DNA from: Octopus sinensis
Lineage: Eukaryota
DNA length: 64,000 bases
NCBI RefSeq assembly: GCF_006345805.1
Contig: NC_043000.1
Location: forward strand, 66,030,001-66,094,000
Direction of reading: 5' to 3'
Part shown: piece by piece, positions 25,071 through 37,720 of the stretch
Layout: each line of letters begins with the position of its first letter
Numbering within the stretch: position 1 is the stretch's first letter
The notes under the pieces: model-generated
Told to the model about the DNA's origin: nothing
What the model saw: the letters and a program-made list of their open reading frames with translations, nothing else
Database searches by the model: none
Made by a program: the position numbers and the translations under genes

Positions 25071-25411
25071 TGGTGTTCTTAACTTTATCGTTTTGCATAT
25101 GACCTAACAATTCCTCCTCTTCAAAGAACGGGGAAGCTTTTACGTAATCGCTCGTTCTTCTACAAATAGCCGCTAAATCTCTCCGAATCGCACTTCGCTG
25201 TATTTAAAAAAAATGAAAAGCAGACCTATTGGGGTAACCTTCTCTATTGAAAGGTGTTCAAGCAAAATAATGACTGCCTCAGTAATATGTTTTTAAAATG
25301 TGAAATACTAGTTTTTAAAGATGAAAATATAATCACAAATGCAAACAAAATGTATTTATACACTTTAATGCAAGGGAAATATATTTATGCACTTAAATTT
25401 ACATCTATTAT

Positions 25412-25690
25412 AGGGCGACGAGCTGTCTTTATGTTCTGAGTTCAAATTCCGCCGGGATTCACTTTGCCTTTCATACTTTCGGGGTCGATAAATTAAGTAC
25501 CAGTTACGCACTTGGGTCGATATAATCGACTTAATCCGTTTGTCTGTCCTTGTTTGTCCTCCCTGTGTTTAGCCCCTTGTGGGTAGTAAAGAAATAGGTA
25601 TTTTGTCTGCCGTAACGTTCTGAGTTTTCAAATTCCGCCGAGATCGACTTTACCTTTCGATTAAATAAGTACCAGTTACGTCCTTGTTTT
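25412..25690 (+). mobile_element. tRNA-derived SINE, family C, with partial tandem duplication
   Basis: GGGCGACGAGCTG..GTTCTGAGTTCAAATTCCGCC..TTTGCCTTTCAT..GGGGTCGATAAATTAAGTACCAG. Related copy at 54982-55172 and fragments at 8.6-9.5 kb. Confidence 0.8.
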
Positions 25691-26662
25691 GGTAAAATTT
25701 ACCTGTTTAAGAATAAAAATGTCATTCGACATGCAAATATATTTATATATTTATTTGGCGGCGTTTCGAATCGGGACGCCCACATAGGTTGGATTTTCTC
25801 CGTTTTGACGGGATTTTTCCAAAATTTTTTTTCTACCTTCGAAATTCTGAAAGCATTTTTGTATGAAATTTTTTTGGAAACTTTTTTTTTTTTTCATCTC
25901 ACCACCCCACTTCGAACCGAATTTGACCAAATTTAACTGGCATTACGCACTTAAAAACCATGGGCTAAGCTTTAAAAAAATGCAAATATTTTCAGAGGAA
26001 AAGGTGTGCTATTTAACTGAGATTTGGCTGTTGTTTCTAGTACATCTCACGACCATTCTCCTCGTTTTTTTTTCAGTGTCACGTATTGATGTTTTTCAAT
26101 ATTTTCCCCCCCAAAACCTCTTTATGCTATGAAAAAAAAATTCGTAAAAAGATGCCTCCACCATCGTTTCGAAAGCCGAGGTGAAAAAAAAAAGTGAAAA
26201 TGAGTATCCTGATCCGAAACTTCGCCTTGACACGAATTGAAAACCAGAAAGCGAAAGAATAATATACTAATGCATTGAATACACGTTATTATTATTTTGC
26301 TCGAACATTCTTCAATAAAACCGAGCCGTGTAGCCTGGAACATATAATTATATATATAAGCGAGATGGTCATAATTGGGACTCGTCTGCTTGCTCATAGC
26401 TCAACACGTAAATGACTACAAGATTTCTTGTAAAATAATTGTAAGTAAACAGTACAAATAAAATAAACCAAGGGAAGTAATTCAAATGGACCATTGGCAA
26501 CCGCTGACATAAAATCAGGTTTCTTGTATTAGGGGTGATATACTGAATCCTGTACGCAAAAGATCTTTAATTGAAAATTCTCTCTGTGGAGGAAAAAAAA
26601 GTGATTCTCCAAGAAAAGGGGAGATAATTTCAAGAATTTCTGAAAGATTACATTGCTAAGAG

Positions 26663-26977
26663 CAGTGGTTTTCAACTGAGATCCATATAAGATTTGTGAG
26701 GGTCCATGCAACAAAATAGTAAATTGGGGATCCACAATACCATTTTAAGAGCCCCTCCCACCAAAAAATTTGCTATTGATATGTATTGCAAGAAACAGCT
26801 TGGTTTCTCTTTCCAACGTTTTACATAGTTCAGTCTAGACAATGTCTGAAACAAAATAGGAGTTTTGAAAGAAGTTTCTATAAAACTAGTTTTTAAACAT
26901 CAAATGGTTATGGGGATCCATTAGAATAAAATAGTAATCAAAGGGGTCCATAGGTAAAAAAAAAATGTTGAGAATTG
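26663..26977. mobile_element. hAT-Charlie-type MITE
   Basis: CAGTGGTTTTCAAC ... GTTGAGAATTG with near-identical 8-bp flanks GCTAAGAG / GCTTAGAG. Confidence 0.65.
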
Positions 26978-27784
26978 GCTTAGAGGAAAGAAAGTCTGAT
27001 CTTTGCAAGCAGGGAACACCAGAGTCTGTTTTGGTCTACTCCATTGAAAACAAATAAATTAAGGAAATATATTTAACAAATTTTTTTAGGAGTCAATGAC
27101 TTAAGATATTTCATAGGGATCAGTTAACTATTTTACAATTGTTTTGTAAGAACTTTTATATCTTTATATGGTTGTGTTGTACAGTTCCCAGGTCAACCCT
27201 GATCAAACAGCTCTGTCGTTAAAAGCATCCTGACCATGATCATCCCATAATTTTCTTAGGTACAGTACCATAAAGATATCTTTATTGCAGTAAGGCTATT
27301 CAGCAAACTGATCTATCTAGAATTAATTATTCACTCTTGCAATCCTCCTCTAGGTATCATGTTGATACACCTACAAACTTTGATTAAAGTGTCTATGTTT
27401 TATTTTAAGTATCATTCTACTTTCTCTTACTTCAGTACACATGTAAAATTGTTTTGCTATTTTGTTAAACCTAATTATGAATAATTATTCATATTTATAC
27501 TTGAAATCTTGTAATTATATATAACTATTAAGCTCTTTTATTTATTTGTGATATTTAAATAAAAACTTTACATTAATACTCTATATCATCAATTATAATT
27601 GATGATATTGTATCTTAATCAGGAATAGACATAAAGGTTGTCTAATTTCTGTAATGAAAGTTTGTCTTTGATCTGAAACTCATCAGTTACCAAATATTCT
27701 TGATTAATGAAAATCAACTGTATTTACCAAAATACGACTAAATATAATCTCTATTACTTATTAACTTTTATATCTAATTACCTA

Positions 27785-28123
27785 TTTGCCCACCCATTCG
27801 TGGCCGTTGCCAGCGCCGCCCCGACTGGCCTCGTGCCGGTGGCACGTAAAAAGCACCATCTGTTCGTGGCCATTGCCAGCCTCGCCTGGCCCCCGTGCCA
27901 TTGGCACATAAAAAGCACCATCCGATCGTGGCCGTTTGCCAGACACGTCTGGCACGTAAAAAGCACCCACTACACTCATGGAGTGGTTGGCATTAGGAAG
28001 GGCATCCAGCCATAGAAACAGATCAAACTGGGCCTGGTGCAGCCTTCTGGCTTCCCAGACCCCAGTTGAACCGTCCAACCCATGGAAAGCGGACGCTAAA
28101 CGATGATGGTGATGATGATGATA
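27785..28123 (+). mobile_element. RTE-LINE 3' UTR piece with about 60-bp tandem repeats and (TGA)n tail
   Basis: GTGCCGGTGGCACGTAAAAAGCACC repeats, then GGTTGGCATTAGGAAGGGCATCCAGC..GGACGCTAAACGATGATGGTGATGATG. Confidence 0.8.
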
Positions 28124-29058
28124 TATCTCCAATTATATATTTTATTCCTTATAATATTTCAGTAGTTTTTTAAAAAATTCTTTTATGTTACTTATTTTTC
28201 TTAAATGAGCTTACTAGAAAAAGTAATTGGTAATACAAATATGCTGTGCGGATTTAAATAATTGTCATCATCCCTGTTTTACATACGCTTTTCAAGCTGG
28301 TATGAGCTAAATGGACCACCACAGTTGGAGCCAGCACTTATTCATACCTAAGCAAATCAGAGAATTGCATCTCACTTGTATATTTCAACAGCTGGATGCC
28401 CTTGCTATTACCCGCCAATTTGCAGTGTGTACTGGGTACATATTTTCCTGACTCTAGCACTAGAGAAGTTATTATGCCAGGTAGCATGTTAGAGGGGCCA
28501 GTCAGTCCAGAAACATCCCTATTTACATTGTTCACTTGGTGCAATGAGAAGAGATGTAAATTGTTTCTGGTATTGGAATTAAATGGAAAGATTTTTAGTG
28601 AGCAGTCTTCGTGCAAACACAATTACTTCATTTGCATCAATAAAGTTTAGGATAGAAGACAAAGGATGAGATTATAATGCACTTAGAATAGAGTAATGAA
28701 ACTAACACTGTTTGTCAGACAGTGAGAAACATACTTCAAACTTGTCTCTATGCTAAGATAAATGAGCAGAATATTTGTATTAGCCTTCTTGATCTGTTAC
28801 TTGATGGTTTTAAAAAGGACATTGCTCATAGCTGGTGACGCCTAAAACAAAACACAAAACAAGCCAATAAGGAAGCCTTTACGTATTTACTCAACCAGTT
28901 AGAAACAGCAGCCAAATCATTTCCATATCACCACCTCCCCTACTAATTTTGCTATGTTTAATAAAATTAAGATATTATAAATCTGTTGTGTTAGAGATGA
29001 GAAACGATTTATCATAGCTATGAGATTAATTTTGTTGTTTTTCCTCTTTCAGGTAAAC

Positions 29059-29142
29059 ATGACAACAATTACATTTGTGACAGGGAATGCTAATAAATTA
29101 AAAGAATTTACTCAAATTCTTGGCAAAAACTTTCCCTATAAA
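29059..29142 (+). CDS. ITPA: Inosine triphosphate pyrophosphatase (Ham1 family), coding exon 1: MTTITFVTGNANKLKEFTQILGKNFPYK
   Basis: FVTGNxxKL signature. Acceptor TTTCAG at 29047-29052, donor AAA|GTATGT (phase 0). Confidence 0.95.
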
Positions 29143-29599
29143 GTATGTATTTCTTTACATAGACTTTTTTGATACAAACACTCCTGGGACTGATTCTTGT
29201 TCCATTTATTCAAAACCCAAACTTTTTAATGTGTTCATATTTAAACTATTACCTCCTGTCATAATTCAGGCTTTTGTTATATTCTATATGTCAGCATAAT
29301 AATAAGTTATTGAACTACTAAATCATCCAAATTCTTGATTATATCCAAAACGAACTGAGACATATGAAATTTATCATCATCATTTTAATGCCCACTTTTC
29401 CATACTTGCGTGGGTTAGACGGAATTCATTGGGGTAGTTTCTCTATAGCTGAATACCTTTCTTGTTGTCAACCTTCACCTGTTTCCAAGCAAGGTAGTAT
29501 TTTCCAATGGCCAGGCATATTATCGCACAACACTGGAAACACAGTACACCACTTGTAATGTGATAACACTCATTTACAACTATCAGCATCATATCAAGA

Positions 29600-29760
29600 C
29601 AAGGACACACACACACACACAAGACAGATTTCTTTCAGTTTCCATCTATCAAATTCATTCACAAAGATTTAGTCAGTCTGGGTCCATAGTAGCAAGACAC
29701 TTGCCCAAGGTACCATGCAATGAGGCTGAGCCTGAAACTATGTGATTGGGAAGCAAACTA
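29600..29760 (-). mobile_element. SINE family A fragment in the ITPA intron
   Basis: TTTCAGTTTCCATCTA..AAGACACTTGCCCAAGGTACCATGC..CTGAGCCTG is the reverse complement of the family A head. Confidence 0.7.
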
Positions 29761-30079
29761 GTTCATGTTCATGCCAATTGCCAGTTAAATTATTTTACAT
29801 TTTATGTTTTTCTTCATATATATAATCATCATCATCATTTAATGTCTGTTTTCCATGCTGGCATGGATTGGACGGTTTAACCAGAGCTGGCAAGCAGGAG
29901 AGCTGCACCAGGTTCCAATCTGATTTGGCCTGGTTTCTATGGTTGGATGCCCTTCCTAACACCAACCACTTTACAGAATGTACTGGGTGCAAAGTCATAA
30001 AGTTGGATATCTTTCTCCATTATGAAAGTGTTTACTTTCTGTACTGAAGCTCAACAACTGTAATTACATAAAATTCATG

Positions 30080-31540
30080 TTATGCAACTGTGCCAATTCC
30101 TGCAACTTGTCTTCAAATTCTGCCTGCTGTTTCCGGGTGATGTTAACCTCAATGCACTAGCTTCATCCAGCACTGGCCATGAAGTTGCTAGGCATCTTTA
30201 CTATCTTCTTTCTAGTGCTCTGAGGTGTAGGTTAGTGTTCTCCTGACTCAAATGACAACTGTTTTGCTAGCCTTCAGTTAGTCAGACAGTTCTTCTTCCA
30301 GCTTCAGAAATGCTGCAGATTTCCTTCTGTTTGCCTTCTTTGATTGTGACATGGATTCAAGTTTGGACTTGGCTTTGCATCAAATTCAGATATTCGACTC
30401 AAAACATCCACAGTGACAACCAACTACCTAGTTCCCATTTTCCTTAGCATACAAGACTGCATTTAAGTATGATGGTCAATTACATGTAATGTTCGAGAGT
30501 GATGGTGGTTTTTTATACATTTCTTCTTATATAGTAATGTGGCAATTCTTTATTCAACAAGTGAGATGTTAACCCTTTGTCTGTCCTGTGAATCACATGT
30601 GACACATGGGACATATTTCCCCAATGTCCATGCATCATATATGATACTTCCAGTTAGCTCTTGCTTCATACGTTCATGAGTAATATAAAGCTTTCCTTTC
30701 ATGAGTCCCAAGTTACTCTGGTAGTTTAAAAAAATTGGGAATATGTCCATGCATCATATATGATACACATTCCCAATTTTTTTAAACTACCAGAGTAACT
30801 TGGGACTCATGAAAGGAAAGCTTTATATTACTCATAGAACATATGAAGCAAGAGCTAACTAGAAGTTTGTACACAAGCATAGACAAGTTTAGGGCAAATT
30901 TATGAAAATGCTTTGGATAAGCAAAGGGTTAAGTGTTTCATCATTTTCCACATATTCTATTTGAACCAATGAGAAACAAGGAACCTGTCAGCCATTTTTA
31001 ATATGTATATCAGTGACTGCACTTCTTGCAGAAACCTGCTTGCTCCCTCAGCTGCTGGTCATTGAGATGTTTTGATAAACTGGTGACTTTGACCTTTGTA
31101 AACAACTTATAAAGGTGAAATAAGAGGTATATAGGTCTGTAGTTTCTAAAATCTTCTTCATTACTCTTATGAATCAAGATGGTATTCAACTCTTTCCACA
31201 GTGAGGATATTTTACCTTCTTCAGATACCAGTTGAAGTGTAGAACAAGGATTTTCCATAGCTCTTTGCCTCCATATGTCTGTTGTTATACCATCTTTTTC
31301 AGGAGTTTTGTCTGCTTTTATCAGTTTGAGGGCATTTTCATTTTCACTAACCAGAATATGTGGCATTTCTTCCAAGATTTGTCGTGGTGGAGGATCACAC
31401 TTCACTGATGATTTAAAAAGGCCAATGTAGAAGGCTTTGCATGTCTCTTCCATATCCCTTTTGTCTGTTACCATGAGCCCATCCTTGTTGTTAAATGCCA
31501 TCACCTCTCCTTTTTTTCCTAAGAGAGGTTAATGTATACT
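30080..31540 (-). mobile_element. Degenerate RTE-clade LINE reverse-transcriptase fragment in the ITPA intron
   Basis: Minus ORF 31010-31504 reads KADKTPEKDGIT..LWKELNTILIHK..EDFRNYRPIYLLFHLYKLFTKV..QQLREQAGF. The left boundary is uncertain. Confidence 0.8.
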
Positions 31541-31674
31541 AAACACTGAAGATAGTTTTCCTGGGATTTCATTGCTCATAATTAGGTTTACAGAGTATAC
31601 ATGATTATATACACTTGCATTATACACAAATAGATATAGCAAACTGATTTCTTAATTTTTGGTTATAGTAAAAG

Positions 31675-31882
31675 ATATTTTGTTGTGTCTGGAGAGTCAT
31701 ACTGCCTTAATATCTAACATACTCACTGGTTCAATTTCCACTCATTGTTTATATTTTATCTTTGACAAGGTTGCAAAAGCAATGAAAATTTTGGAAGAAA
31801 AAATATAAATAATGAATGGAAATTGAACTGGTAAGTGTGTTAGATATTAAGGCAGTACCACTCTCCCCAGACAACAAAATAT
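31675..31882. mobile_element. MITE with about 75-bp imperfect TIRs, about 135 nt upstream of ITPA coding exon 2
   Basis: GAGAGTCATACTGCCTTAATATCTAACATACTCACTGGTTCAATTTCCA pairs with TGGAAATTGAACTGGTAAGTGTGTTAGATATTAAGGCAGTACCACTCTC. Confidence 0.75.
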
Positions 31883-32017
31883 GTTTCAACACATGAATTT
31901 ACATAAAGAATCTTGCAAACCAGATACAAAAATGAAGTTAAATGATATTAATATTTTTGAAAAATGAAAACTTTACTGACTAAAATATTAAATAAATTTA
32001 ATTGTTATTTTTGTTAG

Positions 32018-32210
32018 TTAATTAATGAAAACGTTGATATTCCTGAATACCAAGGAGAAAGTGATGATATTTCACGTGCCAAATGTCTTGAAGCTGCTAA
32101 AATTGTCAAAGGTCCAGTTGTTGTAGAAGATACCTCTCTTTGCTTTAATGCTCTTGGTGGACTGCCAGGACCATACATAAAATGGTTTTTAAATAAATTA
32201 AAGCCAGAAG
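32018..32210 (+). CDS. ITPA: ITPA coding exon 2: [14 protein letters not shown]...[30 protein letters not shown](G)
   Basis: D(L/I)PEYQG, catalytic EDT and [10 protein letters not shown] motifs. Acceptor TTAG, donor AAG|GTAAGA (phase 1). Confidence 0.97.
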
Positions 32211-33038
32211 GTAAGATTTTTTATTAAAATATTTGGATTTGATAAAGATGTTTTGGTGATGTAATCATTAAGGTAATATTATCTTTGTCTTTTAAGCTGT
32301 TTAATTTGATGTATAAAAATAAAAAGACAGTTGAAGATTTTCATGTAAAAGTTAACTGTATGCACATACATATGTACATAGGTAATTCTTAAAGAGTGTT
32401 AAATATCCAAAAATTTCTTTGCATCTATTATTGTGGTTCCATATTTATGTACAGATGCAAAGAAATTGCTGTTGGTAGTTGACGCACTTTAAGAATTGCT
32501 TGCAATAAAGCACATAAGGCCACGAAAATTAGGATCTAGCCAATGAGCTTCTATATGCTCACTTGACCTGCTAGTTTAACAGTCAAATTTCCCCCATATT
32601 CCATCTTACCATCTTGAAGATTGGACAATGTAGTCTTAAACATATAAAACACAAGATGGTTATTGTCAGCACACATTTGATCATAGGTCTCCATGATCAG
32701 GTTTGATCTAATATCAACATCAACAAAAGACATGATAAAGTTTAGAAATATATGGAATGATATTTATTTAGGTCTCCTTTCGTCTTGTAGATCATTACCA
32801 TGTTTTCTCCTTAACTATATACTTTAGACATCTAGAAATAATGGAGAGAAGTATGGCTTCAAAAAGTCTTTTGCTTTCTAGTTCCTACCACATGTTACAG
32901 AAAATGTCTTACATATCATTTTTATGTAACCTAAAATATAATCATAAAAATGACATTGCATGAATTAAGTATATTTTTGATGTTGTTATTAAATCAAATT
33001 AATGAAATACCTGCATCATTTTGATCTGTTTATCTCAG

Positions 33039-33331
33039 GTTTACACCGCCTCCTGCATGGATTTGAAGACAAAAGTGCATATGCTCTATGTACACTTGCT
33101 TTCTCCACTGGCAATCTAGAAGCCCCAGTCTTGCTATTCAAAGGTCAAACAGATGGAAAAATTGTGGCACCTAGTGGACCAAACGATTTTGGATGGGATC
33201 CTTGTTTCCAACCCGATGGCTTTGATCAGACATATGCTGAAATGCCCAAAGAATTAAAAAACAGTCTATCACATCGTGGGAAAGCAGTAATGGCATTCAA
33301 AGAGCATTTTATGAATAAAACTATGAAGTAA
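33039..33331 (+). CDS. ITPA: ITPA coding exon 3: (G)[17 protein letters not shown]...[11 protein letters not shown]...SHRGKA...MK*
   Basis: FGWDP and SHR motifs. Acceptor CTCAG, phase matches exon 2. The exons total 84+193+293=570 nt, i.e. 189 aa plus stop. Confidence 0.97.
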
Positions 33332-33369
33332 ATGTAAATCAATTCTTATTAAATATTTTTTACAAAGAA

Positions 33370-33375
33370 AATAAA
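33370..33375 (+). terminator. Candidate ITPA polyadenylation signal
   Basis: AATAAA about 40 nt after the stop codon. Confidence 0.5.
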
Positions 33376-33671
33376 ATCTTAAGAATTTTTTTATATATAT
33401 CTTTTTGCTAGCTAGTTTTTTAAAAAGAGTCCTTAAATTCCATTATTTCAAGTAGAAACATCAATAACTAAGTAAAAATAGTGTGTGTTTGTGTGTAAGC
33501 ATGTGTAGCTTTACAATCATCAGCTTGGTAAGCTTTGTGTATGTTGAGTTTCTTCATATTGAACATATTGTCATAAAGTGAACTCATTGTAAGAAAGAAA
33601 ATAAGATATCTTGTAATTAACAAGAGTACTTACCATGAAATTAATTTTAAAAAAAAACATCAGCATATAGG

Positions 33672-34050
33672 CACAGGCGTGGCTGTGTGGTATGAAGCTT
33701 GCTTCCCTATCACATGGTCTTAGGTTCAGTCTCATTGTGTGGCACATTTGGCTAATGTCTTCTACTGTAGCCCTGAGCTGACCAAAGCCTTGTGAATGGA
33801 CTTGGTAGACCGAAATTGAAAGAAGCCTCTGTGTGTGTGTCTTTGTACCTGTCCCCCATCACCACTTGACAACTGGTGTTGGTGTGTTTGCATCCCTGTA
33901 ACTTAATAGTTCAGCAAAAGAGACCAATAGAATAAATACTAGGCTTACAAAGAATAAGTCCTGGGATCGATTCATTGGACTAAAAAAACCTTTCAAAGCA
34001 GTGCTCCAGCATGGCCACAGTCAAATGACTGAAACAAGTAAATGAATAAA
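33672..34050 (+). mobile_element. SINE family A, near full length
   Basis: GGCGTGGCTGTGTGGTA...CAGCATGGCCACAGTCAAATGACTGAAACAAGTAAA. Confidence 0.85.
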
Positions 34051-34342
34051 ATAATGAGTTCAGTGGGATTAAAAAATTATAAGAAGATATCAGGTAATCA
34101 TTTGAAGTTTATAGCAACAGTATGGAGAGACATGACACCTCAGCTATAAGTGAAAACTATCCATCTAGAATGCTGAATACACTAAACAAGCTGCAGAATG
34201 CAATCTTTTAGCTAAGGCCATGATAGAATACAACCTTGAAGGGTTTCGTAGAACTAATTGACCCTAGTGCCTATTTTATATCTTAGGCATGTAAACAAAC
34301 CAAACCAATTGTCAAGTAGTGAGGACATGCACAGATACATAT

Positions 34343-34385
<43 letters not shown>

Positions 34386-34794
34386 ACTTCTTTCGGGTTT
34401 TTTATACCAAATCCATCCACAATGCTTTGGTCAAGACCACATTGGTTCGGAAGCAAGCTTCTTACCGAGCAGCCATACTTATATTTTTGACCCATATCAC
34501 ATGGAGGAGATAGGGATTTCACTAGACAGGCTGGCACCGAACCACCAGCAGTGAGGAGCACTAGTAGACCTAGTTTGCTCTACACATGATAACACTTCTG
34601 AGATCACCCTAGTCTCATCAAACAAGAGCATGAAGCAGCAGTAACCTTGTGCATATGTCTCAAGATGAACAAGAAAGCTAGTGTGATAAGGATGGGAAGG
34701 GAATGATATTGCAAAGATGAGAGAGTAAGAGATAGTATGTGGAAAGAAACCGAAGATATCCACTAGCAGTTTTCATTTCATTGATAGCATATAT

Positions 34795-36325
34795 GCATAT
34801 GGCTGTGTGGTAAGAAACTTGCTTCTCAACCACATGGCACCTTTGGTAGCTGTCTTCTGCTATAGCTTTGAACTCACCAAAGCCTTGTGAGTGGATTTGG
34901 TAGACAAAAACTGAAAGAGGTCCATCGTATATATATATATCTTTGTATTTGTGTTTGTTCTTCCCACCACCACTTGACAGCTATTACTGGAGCGCTTATG
35001 TCTCCATAACTTAACAGTTCAGCAAAAGAAACCAATAGAATAAGTACCAGGTTTAAAGAAAGAAAAATAAGTACTGGGGTGATTCATTCAGCTAAAAATT
35101 CTTCAAGGTGGGGCCCCAGCATGACTGAAACAAATAAAAGAAAAGGTGTGTGTGTGCATGGATTTTTATATTCCACAGCTTAGCATGGCACTATACAGAA
35201 AAACAGCTATGTTGTGTTTACATTCCCTTTAAATAGCACATTTTGTTGATTTGTGCTTTCAAAGAAAGTGGAATAGGAAAAATCTCTCAGTTGAAAAAAC
35301 AGATAAGCGTTGCAATGGGGATGGCATCTGGTCATAAAATACTACCTCAACAAGTTCTTGTCCAGCCCATTCCAGTATGGAAAAATGGATGTAAAACAGT
35401 ACAAATGGGCAAAATGTATTAAAGTGAAAACTAGTACTAAAACCCACAAATTCATGCTCAAATCAAAAAGTTGGATAGTTATTTTTATATAAAAGTTATA
35501 GGAAAGTATATTCAAGGCTGTGTGATAAGAAGTTTACTTCCCAACTGCATGTTTTCAGTTTCAATCCCACTGTGACACCTACAATTACTATAAATCTGGA
35601 GTGAACACAGCCTTGTGAGTTGATTTGGTAGATATAAACTGAAAGAAGCCTGTCATATATATATATATGATAGATGCAGGTACAGCTGCATGGTAAGGAG
35701 TTTACCTCCCAACCACATAGTCCTAGGTTCAGTCCCATTGTGTGGCACCTTGGGTGAGTGGATTTGGTAGACAGAAACTGAAAGAAGCCTATATATATAA
35801 TTATACAAGGTGCAATGGGTAAATTGCACCCTGTATATATATATATACTTGTATGTATGTCTGTGTTTATCACCCACCACTGCTTAACAACTGGTGTGTT
35901 TACATCTCCATAACTTAGTGGTTTAGAAAAAGAGACCAATAGAATACATATCAGGCTTAAAAAAATAAGTACTGGGTTCAATTTGTTCAACTAAAATTCT
36001 TGAAGATGGTACTCCAACATGGTCACAGACTGTTGACTGAAACAAATAAAAGATATATATATATATAGGGAGAGAGAAATGTATGTATGTGAATATATAT
36101 CCATGTGTGTGGGTGTGTGTCTTTATTTTTGCATTTATACTCCATCACTGCACAACAACTAGCATTGGTGTGATCAAGTCCCCTTAGTGTAGCAGCTCAG
36201 TAAAAAGAAACTAAAAGAATAGTGACAAGGTTTAAAATAAGTACAGGGATCAATTTGTTTAACTAAACTCTTCAAGGTAGTGCTCCAGCATGGCTGCCAT
36301 CTAAATACTGAAACAAGTAAAAGAT
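34795..36325 (+). mobile_element. Cluster of family A SINE copies (about 34795-35140, 35510-36055 with internal head duplication, 36060-36325)
   Basis: Repeated GTGAGTGGATTTGGTAGAC..AACTGAAAGAAGCC and AAGTAC..CAGCATGG..GAAACAA blocks. Confidence 0.75.
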
Positions 36326-37149
36326 AATGTATAAATACTTTATATTCTGGTTATTTTCTTACAAATTGAGAACACTGGATATCAATAACTTATTGTCCTC
36401 AATTATTTCTTTAGATTATTCTCTCAGTTTATCTTATCTTAATCGCATGTCATAATCAGTCATACTTAGCTTTAAATATATCAACAGTTTCTTTACTTAG
36501 TCAGAAACATCTATTCTAAGTTTCTCACATTTTGATATAGAGTTCCTAGAACAAACTTATTAAAATCACCATTCAATCTATAATTCTGTACACAGTAAAG
36601 TATTTCAGTGACAAGAAATGTGTTTTCACGTGCTTAAGTTATGTTCCAAACAACAGCTTGGAACATAATAATGAGTGTAGTAACCATATTTCCTAGTATA
36701 CATTCAGCATGGCATATAGTGTAGACGTGTAGTATAAACATTAAAAAAATTGTCCCTATCTTTCCAAATCCTCTGCATTTCACACTGACTATTTATTTGG
36801 TCATCCAAAGTTGACTCTGTGCATTAGTTGACCAACTTTTTTCTTATTTTTTGGCTGTAAATTTTGGTTCAAAAACTTCGACATGTATACTGGAAAATAT
36901 GGTAGTTATTTCTCTAAATCTTATAATTTTTGATTCATCATCATCATTGATACCCTTCCTATTGCCAACCCTCACCTGTTCTCAAAGATAACTGAAAATG
37001 AGGGATTCTGCTTGTATGATGGTGATACTTGTTTACAACTATCCCATGATGTCAAGACACAGACACACTCACACACATGCATGCATGTACACACATATAT
37101 ATATGCACATGCATAACTAGTATGCTCCACTGGATGTGTAATGTAAGTG

Positions 37150-37720
37150 CATATGTCCAACAGAGTGCTAGTATATTGAGAGAGAAGTTAGGCATAAGGA
37201 ATTAGATGCAGTATGCAAGAAAGAAAACGGGACTGGTTTGGTCGTGGTATGAAGACGGATGCCTACAGCTCCATTCAGAAATGCTGATCTCTCAAAGTAA
37301 ATGGAACTTATGGAAGAAGGAGATACAGGAAGACATGGGATGAAGTACTGAAGGATGACCTCAGGATGCTGAACCTTTCAGATGAGATGACAAAAGACTG
37401 AGAAACCTGGCACCTTGCTATACTCAAGAAGACCTGTATTCCACAGGAGAAGTGTTAAGGCCACTCCCCCTGGTGAAGAAGATTGACCTACAAGAGTCCT
37501 ATATTGGTACCACATAAAAACACTCATGCTGGTGCCATGTAAAAGTGCTTGTACAGTGTCATGTTAAAAGCACCCAGCACATACTGTAAAGTGGTTGGCA
37601 TTAGGAAGGGCATCCAGCCATAGAAACCAAGCCAAATCAGACTAGAAGCTGGGGCAGTTCTCCAACTTGCCAGCTCTGGTCAAATCATCCAGCCTGAAAA
37701 ATGGACCTCAAATAATGATG
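37150..37720 (+). mobile_element. Old 5'-truncated RTE LINE 3' end
   Basis: Degenerate ..WFGRG..RKTWDEVLKDDL coding tail plus the family 3' UTR ending in ATAATGATG. Homologous to 51013-51995. Confidence 0.7.

Noticed and set aside
33002-33038. ORF-track start [12 protein letters not shown] upstream of ITPA exon 3
   Set aside because: It is intronic. The real exon starts at the AG at 33037-33038, in phase with exon 2.
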